From contig JBEQBC010000005.1 of assembly GCA_041640035.1 (NCBI GenBank), positions 1 through 47,539 on the forward strand: a stretch of 47,539 bases of DNA. Direction: 5' to 3'. The notes under the pieces are model-generated. The model did no database searches. It was not told the origin of the DNA and was given only the letters and a program-made list of their open reading frames with translations. The stretch is from Candidatus Nanohaloarchaea archaeon. GTDB taxonomy: Archaea > Nanohalarchaeota > Nanosalinia > Nanosalinales > Nanosalinaceae. The position numbers were made by a program, and so were the translations under genes. Positions 28,470-37,960 of this stretch are shown here, in pieces; position 1 is the first letter of the stretch, and each line of letters starts with the position of its first letter.

Positions 28470-28811
28470 TTTTATAGAGCTGATGAAGCCGCTGCCTTCC
28501 TCGGATTCCGAACTGTATCCTGGTCGGATGCGTTCAGGAAGTTTATCGTATTCTTCTGTTTCGTATTCCGACTGGATATAGTTCTGTATTCCGCTGTCGA
28601 TAACTTTTTTACCAGCTACATCTTCCAGTTGCTGGACCAAGATATCTACTGCCTGTTCTCCTTTCCCGTAAATGTCATTTATCTCTCCGCCAGGGTTTAT
28701 TTCCAGAGGAGCTTTCCTTGCTTTCGCTAAGGCGACTTTTTCTCCCAGCATTTTTTCTTCCTTATTCATTATCCCGCGGATAACTGAAAGATAGAATTCC
28801 TTATCTTCCAT
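28455..28811 (-). CDS. Small soluble protein, paralogue family B
   Basis: MLGEKV...RKAPLE...YGKGE..DILVQQ; start at MEDKEF. Confidence 0.78.
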   Translation of the reverse strand: MEDKEFYLSVIRGIMNKEEKMLGEKVALAKARKAPLEINPGGEINDIYGKGEQAVDILVQQLEDVAGKKVIDSGIQNYIQSEYETEEYDKLPERIRPGYSSESEEGSGFISSIKSKIA

Positions 28812-28884
28812 ATTTGGAACATTGGTACACGGCATAAATAAATCTACCGTTTCAAGTAGTGGAGACTCAGGATTTTTACGGTTT

Positions 28885-29166
28885 CTATGCTCCGATAGCT
28901 TCAGCTGTTTCTTTCAGCTTGTAGATTGAGAAAGTCATCACTATAATGAAGAGGACCTCAAAACCAGCATGGAAGATTTCAGATTCAATCAAGCGGAACC
29001 CGAGAACCAGTTGGTACACAGTGAAGATACCTAACCCTGATACCAGGTAGTAAAGTGCGAACTTCCACTGCCTCAGTTTGAAGTTCTGTGCAACATAAAG
29101 AGTGACGACCATTGCTGCAACGGAGAAAGCTGCTACGACTAGTTCATACAGTACGAACTGATCCAT
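28885..29166 (-). CDS. Small 3-TM protein, paralogue family C
   Basis: F.LRQWK..L.Y...G and YKLKETA shared with the 29168 ORF. Confidence 0.78.
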   Translation of the reverse strand: MDQFVLYELVVAAFSVAAMVVTLYVAQNFKLRQWKFALYYLVSGLGIFTVYQLVLGFRLIESEIFHAGFEVLFIIVMTFSIYKLKETAEAIGA

Positions 29167-29167
29167 T

Positions 29168-29443
29168 CTAGTAGCCCACCAGGTCCGCTGTTTCCTTGAT
29201 TTTGTACACTCCGTATGTTATGGTGCTGACGAAGATAATCTTGAAGCCAGCGCCTATTGCGCCTAGATCTCCGACTAGGCCGTTCGCTGCTATTGCTTTG
29301 TAGATGAAGTATAGTATGAAACCGTAGAACACATACTTGAGTCCATCCTTCCATTGCCGGAGGTTGAAGGACTCTATCGTGAAGTAGCTCATCAAGATAC
29401 CTGACCATCCGATCAGGGCTACTACGATTTCAAGATTAACCAT
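29168..29443 (-). CDS. Small 3-TM protein, paralogue family C
   Basis: FNLRQWKDGLKY, YKIKETA. Confidence 0.78.
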   Translation of the reverse strand: MVNLEIVVALIGWSGILMSYFTIESFNLRQWKDGLKYVFYGFILYFIYKAIAANGLVGDLGAIGAGFKIIFVSTITYGVYKIKETADLVGY

Positions 29444-29536
29444 AATTCTGTATAAGCCGATCGCACTTTATACCATTTATCCAAATTTCCTGAAGATAAA
29501 GAAAAAGAGAAATTTTTATGGCAAAGGTAGGAAAAA

Positions 29537-29941
29537 TTACTTACCTGACTGCCATAGAGTGTAGAAACCATATCCGGCCAGTACGAATGTTGCAAGCGTT
29601 AGAGCATGGAAGAATCCGTACAGGAAGGTTTCTGGAATAGGTCCAAGAGCTCCGCCGCCGCCGATATGCCAGTTGATATGCGGCAGATATGTGATCATGT
29701 AGACTGCTAGTCCTGCACCGATCAGTTCGAGTGCTCGGGAAACTTCTCCTCCCCAGAGTTCTCTAGCCTTGTAGATTACTGCAAGGCTTGCAACGATGAC
29801 GAACAGTGCTACATAGTCGATTACCATCTCAGTGATTCTCGCCTGTTCTCCCAGGCTCAGAGATACTAATCCTGCTGCTACCGCAGCAACTGCTAGGCCG
29901 ACCATAACCAGATAATCGTTTCTTTCTAGGTTAAGTGCCAT
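29537..29941 (-). CDS. Small 4-TM protein, paralogue family A
   Basis: IYKARELWGGE..RALELIG.G, YLPH, FFHALT, YGFY.LW. Confidence 0.8.
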   Translation of the reverse strand: MALNLERNDYLVMVGLAVAAVAAGLVSLSLGEQARITEMVIDYVALFVIVASLAVIYKARELWGGEVSRALELIGAGLAVYMITYLPHINWHIGGGGALGPIPETFLYGFFHALTLATFVLAGYGFYTLWQSGK

Positions 29942-30038
29942 AGTAATTGCCTCTTAATGGTACAAAAGACGAAACCTGTATATAAAGTTTTATGAAGAGA
30001 ACAAACGATTTTAAATTCGAAATACTGCTGAAAAAGGT

Positions 30039-30560
30039 TTATTCAAGTTCTTTAGTCAACTTCCTATCCTCACTCGGCTCAACCTCAAGTTTAGCTCCAT
30101 CAAAATCTTCCTTAATATCTCCATCCTGTATTCTGTCGAGGAAAACAGCAAGGGCTGCAATCTCGCTGTGAGGCTGATTGCCGACCGAAATATTGTAATC
30201 AACATGTTCGTATACCCATCTCGGAACTTTCTCAGCACCTACGATAACCAGGAGATCTTCGGATTCAAACTCATGCTTCAACTCCTGCATCTTATCATCT
30301 ACTTTCAGTCCGTACATGGTGAGATGTACCTTCAAGCCATCGAAATCTTTGATTTCCTCTTTCCAGCTCTCGGAGTACCTTAGTTCGGTGTCGCCACCCC
30401 AGCGATCCACTATATCTCGCTGGCTTTCAACCATGTTCGAATCTTTTTCACCTGAGAAAACCACTTCATCAGCTCCCCACTGACGCGCTGTCAAGCCTAC
30501 ATGAGTTGAAATCCTGTCATCTCTACCTGCACGGTGTCCAAGTCTAAGTACCTTTATCAT
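30039..30560 (-). CDS. trm56: tRNA (cytidine-56-2'-O)-methyltransferase (aTrm56)
   Basis: VLRLGHR..RD.RISTHVGLTAR, HLTMYG, VGAEKVP, VGNQPHSEIAALAVFLDR. Confidence 0.95.
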   Translation of the reverse strand: MIKVLRLGHRAGRDDRISTHVGLTARQWGADEVVFSGEKDSNMVESQRDIVDRWGGDTELRYSESWKEEIKDFDGLKVHLTMYGLKVDDKMQELKHEFESEDLLVIVGAEKVPRWVYEHVDYNISVGNQPHSEIAALAVFLDRIQDGDIKEDFDGAKLEVEPSEDRKLTKELE

Positions 30561-30639
30561 CAGCAGTAAAACCTTCTTCAATAATGTAGAGACACCTTAA
30601 GGATAAAAAAGAAAAAGATAGCAGAAGAAGATTTCATTT

Positions 30640-31221
30640 ATGGAACCCCTAAAGAATATCAGCGAAATACCGGAGAAATTGTTCCAAAACGATAGAGACA
30701 CTTCGCTGACCGGGAAGCCCCTGAAAACTGCTGTGGCGTCACTTATAGTCACAGGCGTGATCTACTCCGGATACATGTTCATGATGTACCCCGGTCAGAG
30801 CACGGTTACGAATCTTTCAGCCGTACTGAATATTCCCTTGATAGGGATGATAGCTCTGACAGTCCTGACATCCATGACCCATCTGCTCGGACTTTACCTG
30901 GGATTCCAGAACAGGTACGAGGACACCTTCTCCGTGTACGGCTATCTAACAGTACTGACTCCTCTGGGACTCACAGCTTACTCTATACCGGTGGTCGGAG
31001 AGATAATAGCAGTTTTGATATTTTTAACCGGGCTCTACACCGCTTCCAAAGGAGTAGAGGTACTACAAGATACATCATTCGGAAAGGCAGCAATAGCAGT
31101 GATAACACCGGTAATCGTCCTTACAGTTCTGGCAGTAGTACTGTTCTACTCCCTAGTAATGATCCTTGCCTTGATGTTCGCACTGATGGGACAAAATGTT
31201 TCACACGGAGCCGGAGTCTAA
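30640..31221 (+). CDS. Yip1-family membrane protein
   Basis: 5 TM helices; P..LF, HL.G......Y..TF.V..Y, IP..G, G...LQ..SFGKA. Confidence 0.72.
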   Translation: MEPLKNISEIPEKLFQNDRDTSLTGKPLKTAVASLIVTGVIYSGYMFMMYPGQSTVTNLSAVLNIPLIGMIALTVLTSMTHLLGLYLGFQNRYEDTFSVYGYLTVLTPLGLTAYSIPVVGEIIAVLIFLTGLYTASKGVEVLQDTSFGKAAIAVITPVIVLTVLAVVLFYSLVMILALMFALMGQNVSHGAGV

Positions 31222-31294
31222 CAGATATAAAGCCCGAAAACAACAGGAAACCGGCTTAAAGATAAAAAAGAACATCAAATAGACTGAACCAGTT

Positions 31295-31884
31295 ATGGCA
31301 ATTATTTCAGAGTGGTTCAGTACACTCAAACAGATTTTTTCATCAGCGAGTGTTTTCTTCCAGAACGAGACGGATACCTCTATAGCAGGTAAACCGATTA
31401 AGATAGCGTTCATCTCACTCCTTATCTCAGGACTGGTGAACGGTCTTCAGGTCTTCTGACACTTTCAGGAGAACTGCAGTTGATCGCGCTAGCAGACATA
31501 CTAGTAGCTCCTATAGCCGGTATTATCTCGATAGCTGTCACAGCAGCTTTAACACACCTGGTAGGAATGCTTGTAGTATTCGAAAACGGATATAGCGAAA
31601 CATTCTCCGCATTCGCCTACACCTCGGTAATCGCAACCGTGGCAACAGTAGCAAGCCTGATACCTATAGCAGGTATCTTCATCGCGCTTGCACTAGGACT
31701 CTTCTCCCTCTACGCACAGATCAGAGGGGTTCAAGAGTTCCAGAATGTAAGCTTTGCGAAGGCAGCGGTATCCGTAATCGTTCCGATCCTCATCGTGCTT
31801 GGAATCCTGCTCGCGATCATCTTCGCGACATCAGCAGCGATCTTTGCAATGATGCAGGGCGCACCTACAGCACCACCTGCATAG
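31295..31884 (+). pseudogene. Second Yip1-family paralogue, frameshifted near 31445-31459 (real or sequencing error)
   Basis: 31295-31459 encodes MAIISEWF...FFQNETDTSIAGKPIK (matches LFQNDRDTSLTGKPLK of the upstream paralogue) and stops at TGA; the remainder continues in another frame to 31884. Confidence 0.75.
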
Positions 31885-31964
31885 GAAACTCTCTTCAACT
31901 TACTTTTTCCCATCTTTTTTCTTCATCTGTTAAAAACAGGGAAAACCAATAGAGGATTTAGAGA

Positions 31965-32990
31965 ATGAGTGATAGAAAGCAAAGGATATTCTGGTTCGGA
32001 GTAGCAACCCTGATATTCGTATTTCTCCTTTTGAACGCAGATTTGGATCTGTTCATTGAGAAGATTCAGAAAGCAGAATTAAGATACATCGGACTAGCGC
32101 TTCTATCAGGCTTCGGAGTACTTTTAACATGGACACTGAACTGGTACAACTTCTTCCAGGTCAGCGACATCAAATGCAGCTTCACGCATACATTCAAACT
32201 GATGTCCGCAGGACAGTTCCTCAACGCAGTCACACCTCTAGGGCAGTTCGGCGGACAGCCATTCATGGCCTACCTCATATCCAGCAACTCCGACACAAGC
32301 TACGAAAAATCACTGGCAACCGTCATGTCAGCTGACCTACTCGCAATAATACCCTTATCCACATTCGTAGTCTCAGGATACATCTACACCGTAACAGTAG
32401 GTACAGGCGCCAGTAAAGTAACCGGAATGGCCCTGGTCACCGCTTCTCTACTTCTGTTCGGGATCGTGATGGGATACCTTGGCTGGTACCGTCCTGGAAC
32501 ACTGGAAAACTCTGTTCTGATCGTTTTCGAGAAAATCACAGGTTTTATCGGAAGAGGCTCACACCTAGTTGAGAAACTGGAAAACCGGCTAGAGAATGTA
32601 GAAAAAACCTTCGAAACAATAGGCAAAAACCCGAAAGCCATCCTCCGAGCACTGGCAATCACACATACCGCGTTCCTGTACAAGATGGCAGCATTCTACG
32701 CAGTAGTCCAGTCACTAGGACTCTCAATCAATCCATTTTACATCATGCTGATCATTCCTATCGCCAGTACCGCGAACTTCAGCCCTACACCTGGCGGTGC
32801 CGGAACATTCGAAGCAGTCATGGCTAAACTTTCCATGATATTCATGGGTATCGATTATGAGGCGGCTCTGGCGATCGGAGTACTTCACAGACTGGCTACC
32901 TACTGGCTTCACCTAGTGATCGGTTACCTAGCGATGAATACATTGAACCTGTCTATCAGCGATGTGAAAGATGTGCCGGAGACCTCGTAA
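31965..32990 (+). CDS. UPF0104 / LPG synthase TM-domain protein, paralogue of 19097-20131
   Basis: FLNAVTPLGQFGGQPFMAY, NFSPTPGGAGTFE, HRLATYW. Confidence 0.85.
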   Translation: MSDRKQRIFWFGVATLIFVFLLLNADLDLFIEKIQKAELRYIGLALLSGFGVLLTWTLNWYNFFQVSDIKCSFTHTFKLMSAGQFLNAVTPLGQFGGQPFMAYLISSNSDTSYEKSLATVMSADLLAIIPLSTFVVSGYIYTVTVGTGASKVTGMALVTASLLLFGIVMGYLGWYRPGTLENSVLIVFEKITGFIGRGSHLVEKLENRLENVEKTFETIGKNPKAILRALAITHTAFLYKMAAFYAVVQSLGLSINPFYIMLIIPIASTANFSPTPGGAGTFEAVMAKLSMIFMGIDYEAALAIGVLHRLATYWLHLVIGYLAMNTLNLSISDVKDVPETS

Positions 32991-33134
32991 AAATTTATTT
33001 AAGAATCCGCGTCACTGTTCTTTGTTACAATGAAAGGTGGATGTTTTACCCGCCGGTCACTTTTGCTTTGAAACTTATCACAGCGACAGCTGTCATCAAA
33101 ACCAATTAAACAACTTCTCCCGAAGTGATTCTGT

Positions 33135-35060
33135 ATGAGCATTCAGGTACAGCTTCCAGACGGATCAAACTTAGAAGTAGATGAAAACGCATCAGTAGAA
33201 GATGTAGCATACGAAATAGGAACAGGACTGGGCGACGACACAGTAGCCGGAAAAATCAACGGCGAAATGGTAGCCAAGGAAGACCAGGTTTCCGACGGAG
33301 ACGAAATAGAGATAGTAACAGAGGACTCAGACGAATACATAGAAGTCCTCCGGCACAGCGCCGCACATGTCTTCGCACAGGCACTAAAGCGTATCTACGG
33401 AGACCAGGTCAAACTTACAATCGGTCCATGGACTGACGAAGGATTCTACTACGATATCGAAGGAGTAGAACTGGAACAGGAAGACTTCGAAGAAATAGAG
33501 GAAGAAATGCAGGATATTATAGAAGAAGACCTGGAAATCAAAAGAGAGATGCTTTCACGCGAGAAAGCAGAAGAATTCTTCGAAGACAACGAATACAAGA
33601 GACAGATCCTGAACGAGGAAGCTGGCGAAGGCGACACAGTATCCTTCTACAAACAGGGAGAGTTCCAAGACCTCTGTAAAGGACCACATGTCTCCTCAAC
33701 AGGAGAAGTCGGCGGCTTCAAGCTACTGGAGATCGCAGGCGCCTACTGGCGAGGAGATGAAGAAAACAAGATGCTGACACGAGTATACGGAACAGCATTC
33801 TCCTCAGAAGAAGAACTCGAGGACTTCATGGAAAGAAGAAGAGAAGCCGAGAAACGAGACCACCGGAAGATCGGAAAACAGATGGATCTCTTCTCAGTAC
33901 CAGAACACGCACCCGGAGCACCACACTACCACAGAAACGGAATGATAATCAGAAGAGAACTAGAGGAATACATCCGGGAAAAGAACGAAGAACTCGGCTA
34001 CGAAGAAGTCTGGACACCTGAACTGAACAAAGCCGAACTCTGGAAAAAAACAGGTCACTACGAAGCATTCAAGGAGGACGGGGAGATGTTTGCCTGGGAA
34101 CAGGACGACACAGAATACGGCTTAAAGCCGATGAACTGCGCGAACCACAGCCATATCTTCGACTCCGGAACACGCAGCTACAAAGACCTGCCGATAAAGC
34201 TATCCGAGTTCGGAACAGTCAACCGAAACGAACAAAGCGGAGAGCTCTCAGGTCTACTACGAGTCCGAGTCATGACTCAGGACGACGGACACGCATACAT
34301 GCGTAAAGACCAGATCGAAGGAGAGGTCAAGGCCCATCTTGAGAAGATCATCGAGATGTACGACGAGTTCGGGTTCGATGTAAACTTCATCATGGAGACA
34401 AAACCTCCAAAGGCACAGGGACCTGACGAACTCTGGGAAGAAGCAGAGAACGCACTAGGCAACGCCATGGATGAAGTAGTCGGCGACTACGAAGTCAAGC
34501 CGGAAGAAGGAGCATTCTACGGTCCAAAGATCGGAGTAGAGGTAGAAGACGCGATAGGAAGAGAATGGCAGCTTGGAACAGTACAGCTCGACTTCGTCAT
34601 CCCGCGGAACTACGGCTTGAAGTACCAAGGAGAGGACAACGAAGAACACTACCCTGTCATGATCCACCGAGCGATCCTCGGAAGCATCGAGCGATTCATG
34701 GGAGTGATGATCGAGCACTTCGCAGGAGACTTCCCAACATGGCTTGCACCTGAACAGGTACGCATCCTGCCGGTCAGCGACGAGAACAAGGAGTACGCCG
34801 AAAAGATTCAGGAGGAATTAGGTGACTTCAGAGTCGAGATTGAGGAGCGTAGCTGGACTGTAGGCAAGAAGATCCAGGCAGCTCACGACGACAATGTCCC
34901 GTACATGCTGATCCTTGGAGACGATGAGGAGGAAGCAGAGAACCTTTCAGTTAGAGACAGACAGGAAAGAGAAGACGGAGACATCGGACTGGACGAATTC
35001 CGTGAGCACCTTCAGTCAGAGGTAGAGGAGAAACGGCTTCAGCCAGACTTTCTAGAATAA
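33135..35060 (+). CDS. thrS: Threonine--tRNA ligase (bacterial-type, TGS plus editing domain)
   Basis: TGS N-terminus, RHSAAH, DLCKGPH, RDHRKIG, KPMNC, GLLRVR..TQDDGH, MIHRAILGS.ERF. Confidence 0.97.
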   Translation: MSIQVQLPDGSNLEVDENASVEDVAYEIGTGLGDDTVAGKINGEMVAKEDQVSDGDEIEIVTEDSDEYIEVLRHSAAHVFAQALKRIYGDQVKLTIGPWTDEGFYYDIEGVELEQEDFEEIEEEMQDIIEEDLEIKREMLSREKAEEFFEDNEYKRQILNEEAGEGDTVSFYKQGEFQDLCKGPHVSSTGEVGGFKLLEIAGAYWRGDEENKMLTRVYGTAFSSEEELEDFMERRREAEKRDHRKIGKQMDLFSVPEHAPGAPHYHRNGMIIRRELEEYIREKNEELGYEEVWTPELNKAELWKKTGHYEAFKEDGEMFAWEQDDTEYGLKPMNCANHSHIFDSGTRSYKDLPIKLSEFGTVNRNEQSGELSGLLRVRVMTQDDGHAYMRKDQIEGEVKAHLEKIIEMYDEFGFDVNFIMETKPPKAQGPDELWEEAENALGNAMDEVVGDYEVKPEEGAFYGPKIGVEVEDAIGREWQLGTVQLDFVIPRNYGLKYQGEDNEEHYPVMIHRAILGSIERFMGVMIEHFAGDFPTWLAPEQVRILPVSDENKEYAEKIQEELGDFRVEIEERSWTVGKKIQAAHDDNVPYMLILGDDEEEAENLSVRDRQEREDGDIGLDEFREHLQSEVEEKRLQPDFLE

Positions 35061-35091
35061 CCTCTTACCAACCATGTCTTCTTTTTCCTTT

Positions 35092-36501
35092 TTACTCCAG
35101 ATTGTATAAACTTCTTAAGGATTGAGATGTTGCCTGAATAGGGTGCTGAGCTCTATAACCCTTTACAGGTTTATCATACTTCGTTAACTCCAGGTAGCCC
35201 TCAAATCCTTTGTATATCTCATTCCATACTTCGTTACCCATGTTACCTGAAAGCCTCTTGAGGGTAGCTCCAGCAAGCTCATTCGCAGCTTCTTCAAATC
35301 TTTTTGTACCTAGTTCATCTTTAACTAAAGACCCATAGTCGGCTGGTTTCGTATCTCTTTCAAATAAAACCTGTTCAGCTGCTATATCTGATACAGCATG
35401 CCCTAATTCATGCACCAAATCCACCATGAATACATCCGGGGCTCTAGAAGGAGTGTGATTGTCACCCTGTTCTTCCACACCTAAAGGCGCATTCTTCAAG
35501 TATTGTTTGATCTCCTCAAGTGGCTTGTTTTCGGCATCCTTCATGAGATCGAACATTGTTACTTCTTCTGCGTTTTCCTTGAATTGGATAACCCACTCGC
35601 CGCTTCTGTTCTTTCCTGTGTAACCTGTCTTGCTTTCTCCGGTCTTCATCTTGATGTGAACTTGATCTAAAGGAATATTGATTTCCAGAACCTGTTCTGC
35701 TGTCTTCATCATTTCACGCGCGACATAATCTTTCATCTTTTTCGACTTATCGCTGTGTCCTAGATCATGATATCGGGGATAGCCTGCTTCCAGGACAGCT
35801 TCTTCAGCTTCCACGAGATTGCTCATAGCGGAGTTTAGATTTCTTGCTTCTTGTTTAAGCTCCTTGAAATCTATCCTGTTCAGAAGCATGGATTTAGCTG
35901 TGGTCTTAACCATTTCCTCGTTGTTACCGATTACAGAGAACTCTACTAAATTTCTCTCACGACCGTACTCTATAGTTATCTTCTGATATAGATCGCCTAG
36001 CGTTTCCTCAAGCTGCTCTATCGGTATAAGTGTACGCTTTACACCTGTATTGTCCTGTATAACGACACCTATATCTGTTGCGCTCATATCAAGAACCTTG
36101 TAATCACCTTCTTGGCGGATTACCTCCTCTCCGTTGTATCTCGATATAATTTCAAGGTACTTTCGCCCCCATAGATCAGCTGCTTCCTGATCGCTTTTGT
36201 TCAAAAAGTCTTCCAGTTCTTTCCTGCTCTTCTTCATCTCTGTTAATGCATCAGTATCATTACCTCGTATCAAATCTTCCAAACTATCCAGGCATTTCTC
36301 AAGACTGTCATGAAGCTCATCAGGCAAGAATTCAAACCTTGCCTCGTTCTTAAGTTCTCTAAGGAGTCGTAGCGCAGTTTTCTTGTCGTTCTTCAGATTC
36401 TGCTTTATGCCCTTAACCTTCTTTCCCAAGTCGTTGTAATCAGAAAACAGTTTATCTAGTTCTGAGAGATCCTGCTTCGCCACTGCTCTTTGATCAACCA
36501 T
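35092..36501 (-). CDS. Hypothetical protein with coiled-coil N-terminus and C-terminal HExxH zincin-like motif
   Basis: LVHELGHA followed by FEEAANE; more Lys-rich than host proteins. Confidence 0.65.
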   Translation of the reverse strand: MVDQRAVAKQDLSELDKLFSDYNDLGKKVKGIKQNLKNDKKTALRLLRELKNEARFEFLPDELHDSLEKCLDSLEDLIRGNDTDALTEMKKSRKELEDFLNKSDQEAADLWGRKYLEIISRYNGEEVIRQEGDYKVLDMSATDIGVVIQDNTGVKRTLIPIEQLEETLGDLYQKITIEYGRERNLVEFSVIGNNEEMVKTTAKSMLLNRIDFKELKQEARNLNSAMSNLVEAEEAVLEAGYPRYHDLGHSDKSKKMKDYVAREMMKTAEQVLEINIPLDQVHIKMKTGESKTGYTGKNRSGEWVIQFKENAEEVTMFDLMKDAENKPLEEIKQYLKNAPLGVEEQGDNHTPSRAPDVFMVDLVHELGHAVSDIAAEQVLFERDTKPADYGSLVKDELGTKRFEEAANELAGATLKRLSGNMGNEVWNEIYKGFEGYLELTKYDKPVKGYRAQHPIQATSQSLRSLYNLE

Positions 36502-36551
36502 CAATAAATATTCCGATATTCAGTTCTACTGATAAAGTTACCTTCAACTAT

Positions 36552-36836
36552 TCAATCATCGAATATTTCGTCCAGAAACTCCTCTGAAGGCAGGTAGAAG
36601 TCCTGATCGCTGTAGAAATCGTTTTCACCGCCTTCTTTCACGGCTCCCAGTTCTTTGTATATCTTTTCTTCTTCAAGCCAGTCATCCCGTATGGAATCGA
36701 CCGGTAGATAGGTCTGTGTCTTCAGTATCTCGAAAAGTCCTTGAGGCAGCCCTTCTTCCTCGACTTCTTCCCTATCCATGTTGAATCTTTCTAATACAGT
36801 TCTTATCGCGTTTAGAAGTTCCTCTTCTTCATCCAC
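36552..36836 (-). CDS. Small very acidic hypothetical protein
   Basis: 94-aa ORF with GTG start, in a co-oriented run. Confidence 0.65.
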   Translation of the reverse strand: MDEEEELLNAIRTVLERFNMDREEVEEEGLPQGLFEILKTQTYLPVDSIRDDWLEEEKIYKELGAVKEGGENDFYSDQDFYLPSEEFLDEIFDD

Positions 36837-36851
36837 CTATCTTCCACCTCA

Positions 36852-37181
36852 CTAAATGTACTCTTCCAGTTCTTCACTGAAAACATACTTGGTGTTCTTC
36901 TCCTTGTACCAGACCGACGATTCTACTGGAAGACCTACTAGACGGTTCTTGATCTCTTCGACCTCTCTTTCACTCATTAAGTCTTTTTCAAGAAGTTCGT
37001 CCATCGCCTTCTGGACTTCTTGATTGGAGAAGTCTTTCTTCAGTGTGAGAAGTTCCCATATCTCTGCGCCTGCTCCTTCATCGTAAATGTACTCTTCTAT
37101 TTCTTCTTCATCCAGTATATTTTCTGTCAGTTCTCCGACCGCTTCCAGTACTGAAACTGTTCCTTCACTTATCTCGGTCAT
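36852..37181 (-). CDS. Small very acidic hypothetical protein
   Basis: 109-aa ORF; ATGA overlap with the upstream gene. Confidence 0.7.
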   Translation of the reverse strand: MTEISEGTVSVLEAVGELTENILDEEEIEEYIYDEGAGAEIWELLTLKKDFSNQEVQKAMDELLEKDLMSEREVEEIKNRLVGLPVESSVWYKEKNTKYVFSEELEEYI

Positions 37182-37876
37182 ATCAGTTCTTCCTCAGATT
37201 CTTTGATGTAGTTCACGATTTCATCATAGGTTTCGCGGTCAGGGTTGATAATCTCTTGCATATCAACATCGTTCTCCTCACGGTACTGAGAAGCTGCGTA
37301 AGCCGCTAGTGTCTGTTCTCTTGAACCTACATACTTTTTCAGTGCCTTTTTGAACTCTTCTGCTACCCTGCCGTTTTCAATCTGGTTGAGAGCTCCCGCC
37401 TCCTCATACAATGTATCTTTATCAGGCAGACCATTCTCTACTGCTTCATCTCTCAGTCTCTTGTATCTAAGTCTTTCAGCTACATATGACATCTTTTCAG
37501 AACCTGAGACCTTAACACCTCCAACAATATCCTGAGCAGTGTGTGCTGCGAACTCTGCGTAAAGCCTCTGATCGAACAGGTCCTCGCCGTAGAGATCTAT
37601 ACCTTCGTTCTCGTAATCTATCATTTCTGCGTGTACTGATTCATGCGCGAGGTTCTCTGGCTGAAGTTCGCCTGCTGTGACAAGTACTTTTTCTCCGTTG
37701 ATCAGTTCGACTTTGTTTTTGCTGGTGTCTTTGGTATTGGTTACTTCGTCGACTGTGACTTCTTCATCCAGACCTCCTGGCTCGACTCTATCGATTGTTT
37801 CTGACGGATTGATTCCGATAGCATCCTCCACCAGTTGTTCGTCATCTTCGGTCAGGCCAGGAAAAGAAACACTCAT
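37178..37876 (-). CDS. Hypothetical protein with HExxH zincin-like motif
   Basis: NLAHESVHA followed about 20 aa later by YAEFAA. Confidence 0.65.
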   Translation of the reverse strand: MSVSFPGLTEDDEQLVEDAIGINPSETIDRVEPGGLDEEVTVDEVTNTKDTSKNKVELINGEKVLVTAGELQPENLAHESVHAEMIDYENEGIDLYGEDLFDQRLYAEFAAHTAQDIVGGVKVSGSEKMSYVAERLRYKRLRDEAVENGLPDKDTLYEEAGALNQIENGRVAEEFKKALKKYVGSREQTLAAYAASQYREENDVDMQEIINPDRETYDEIVNYIKESEEELI

Positions 37877-37960
37877 ATGTTGTTATTACTCAATCACAAA
37901 TATAATAGTTTGGGTTTTCTGAATGACTGATTTAACCATCAACCCCACTTACATCAAATC

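Noticed and set aside
33030-33071. Short ORF MKGGCFTRRSLLL upstream of thrS as a Thr-sensing leader peptide
   Set aside because: Only one Thr codon and no convincing attenuator structure
33135-35060. Bacterial-type ThrRS as a recent horizontal transfer
   Set aside because: Host-like acidic composition and codon usage; this type is already known in halophilic archaea
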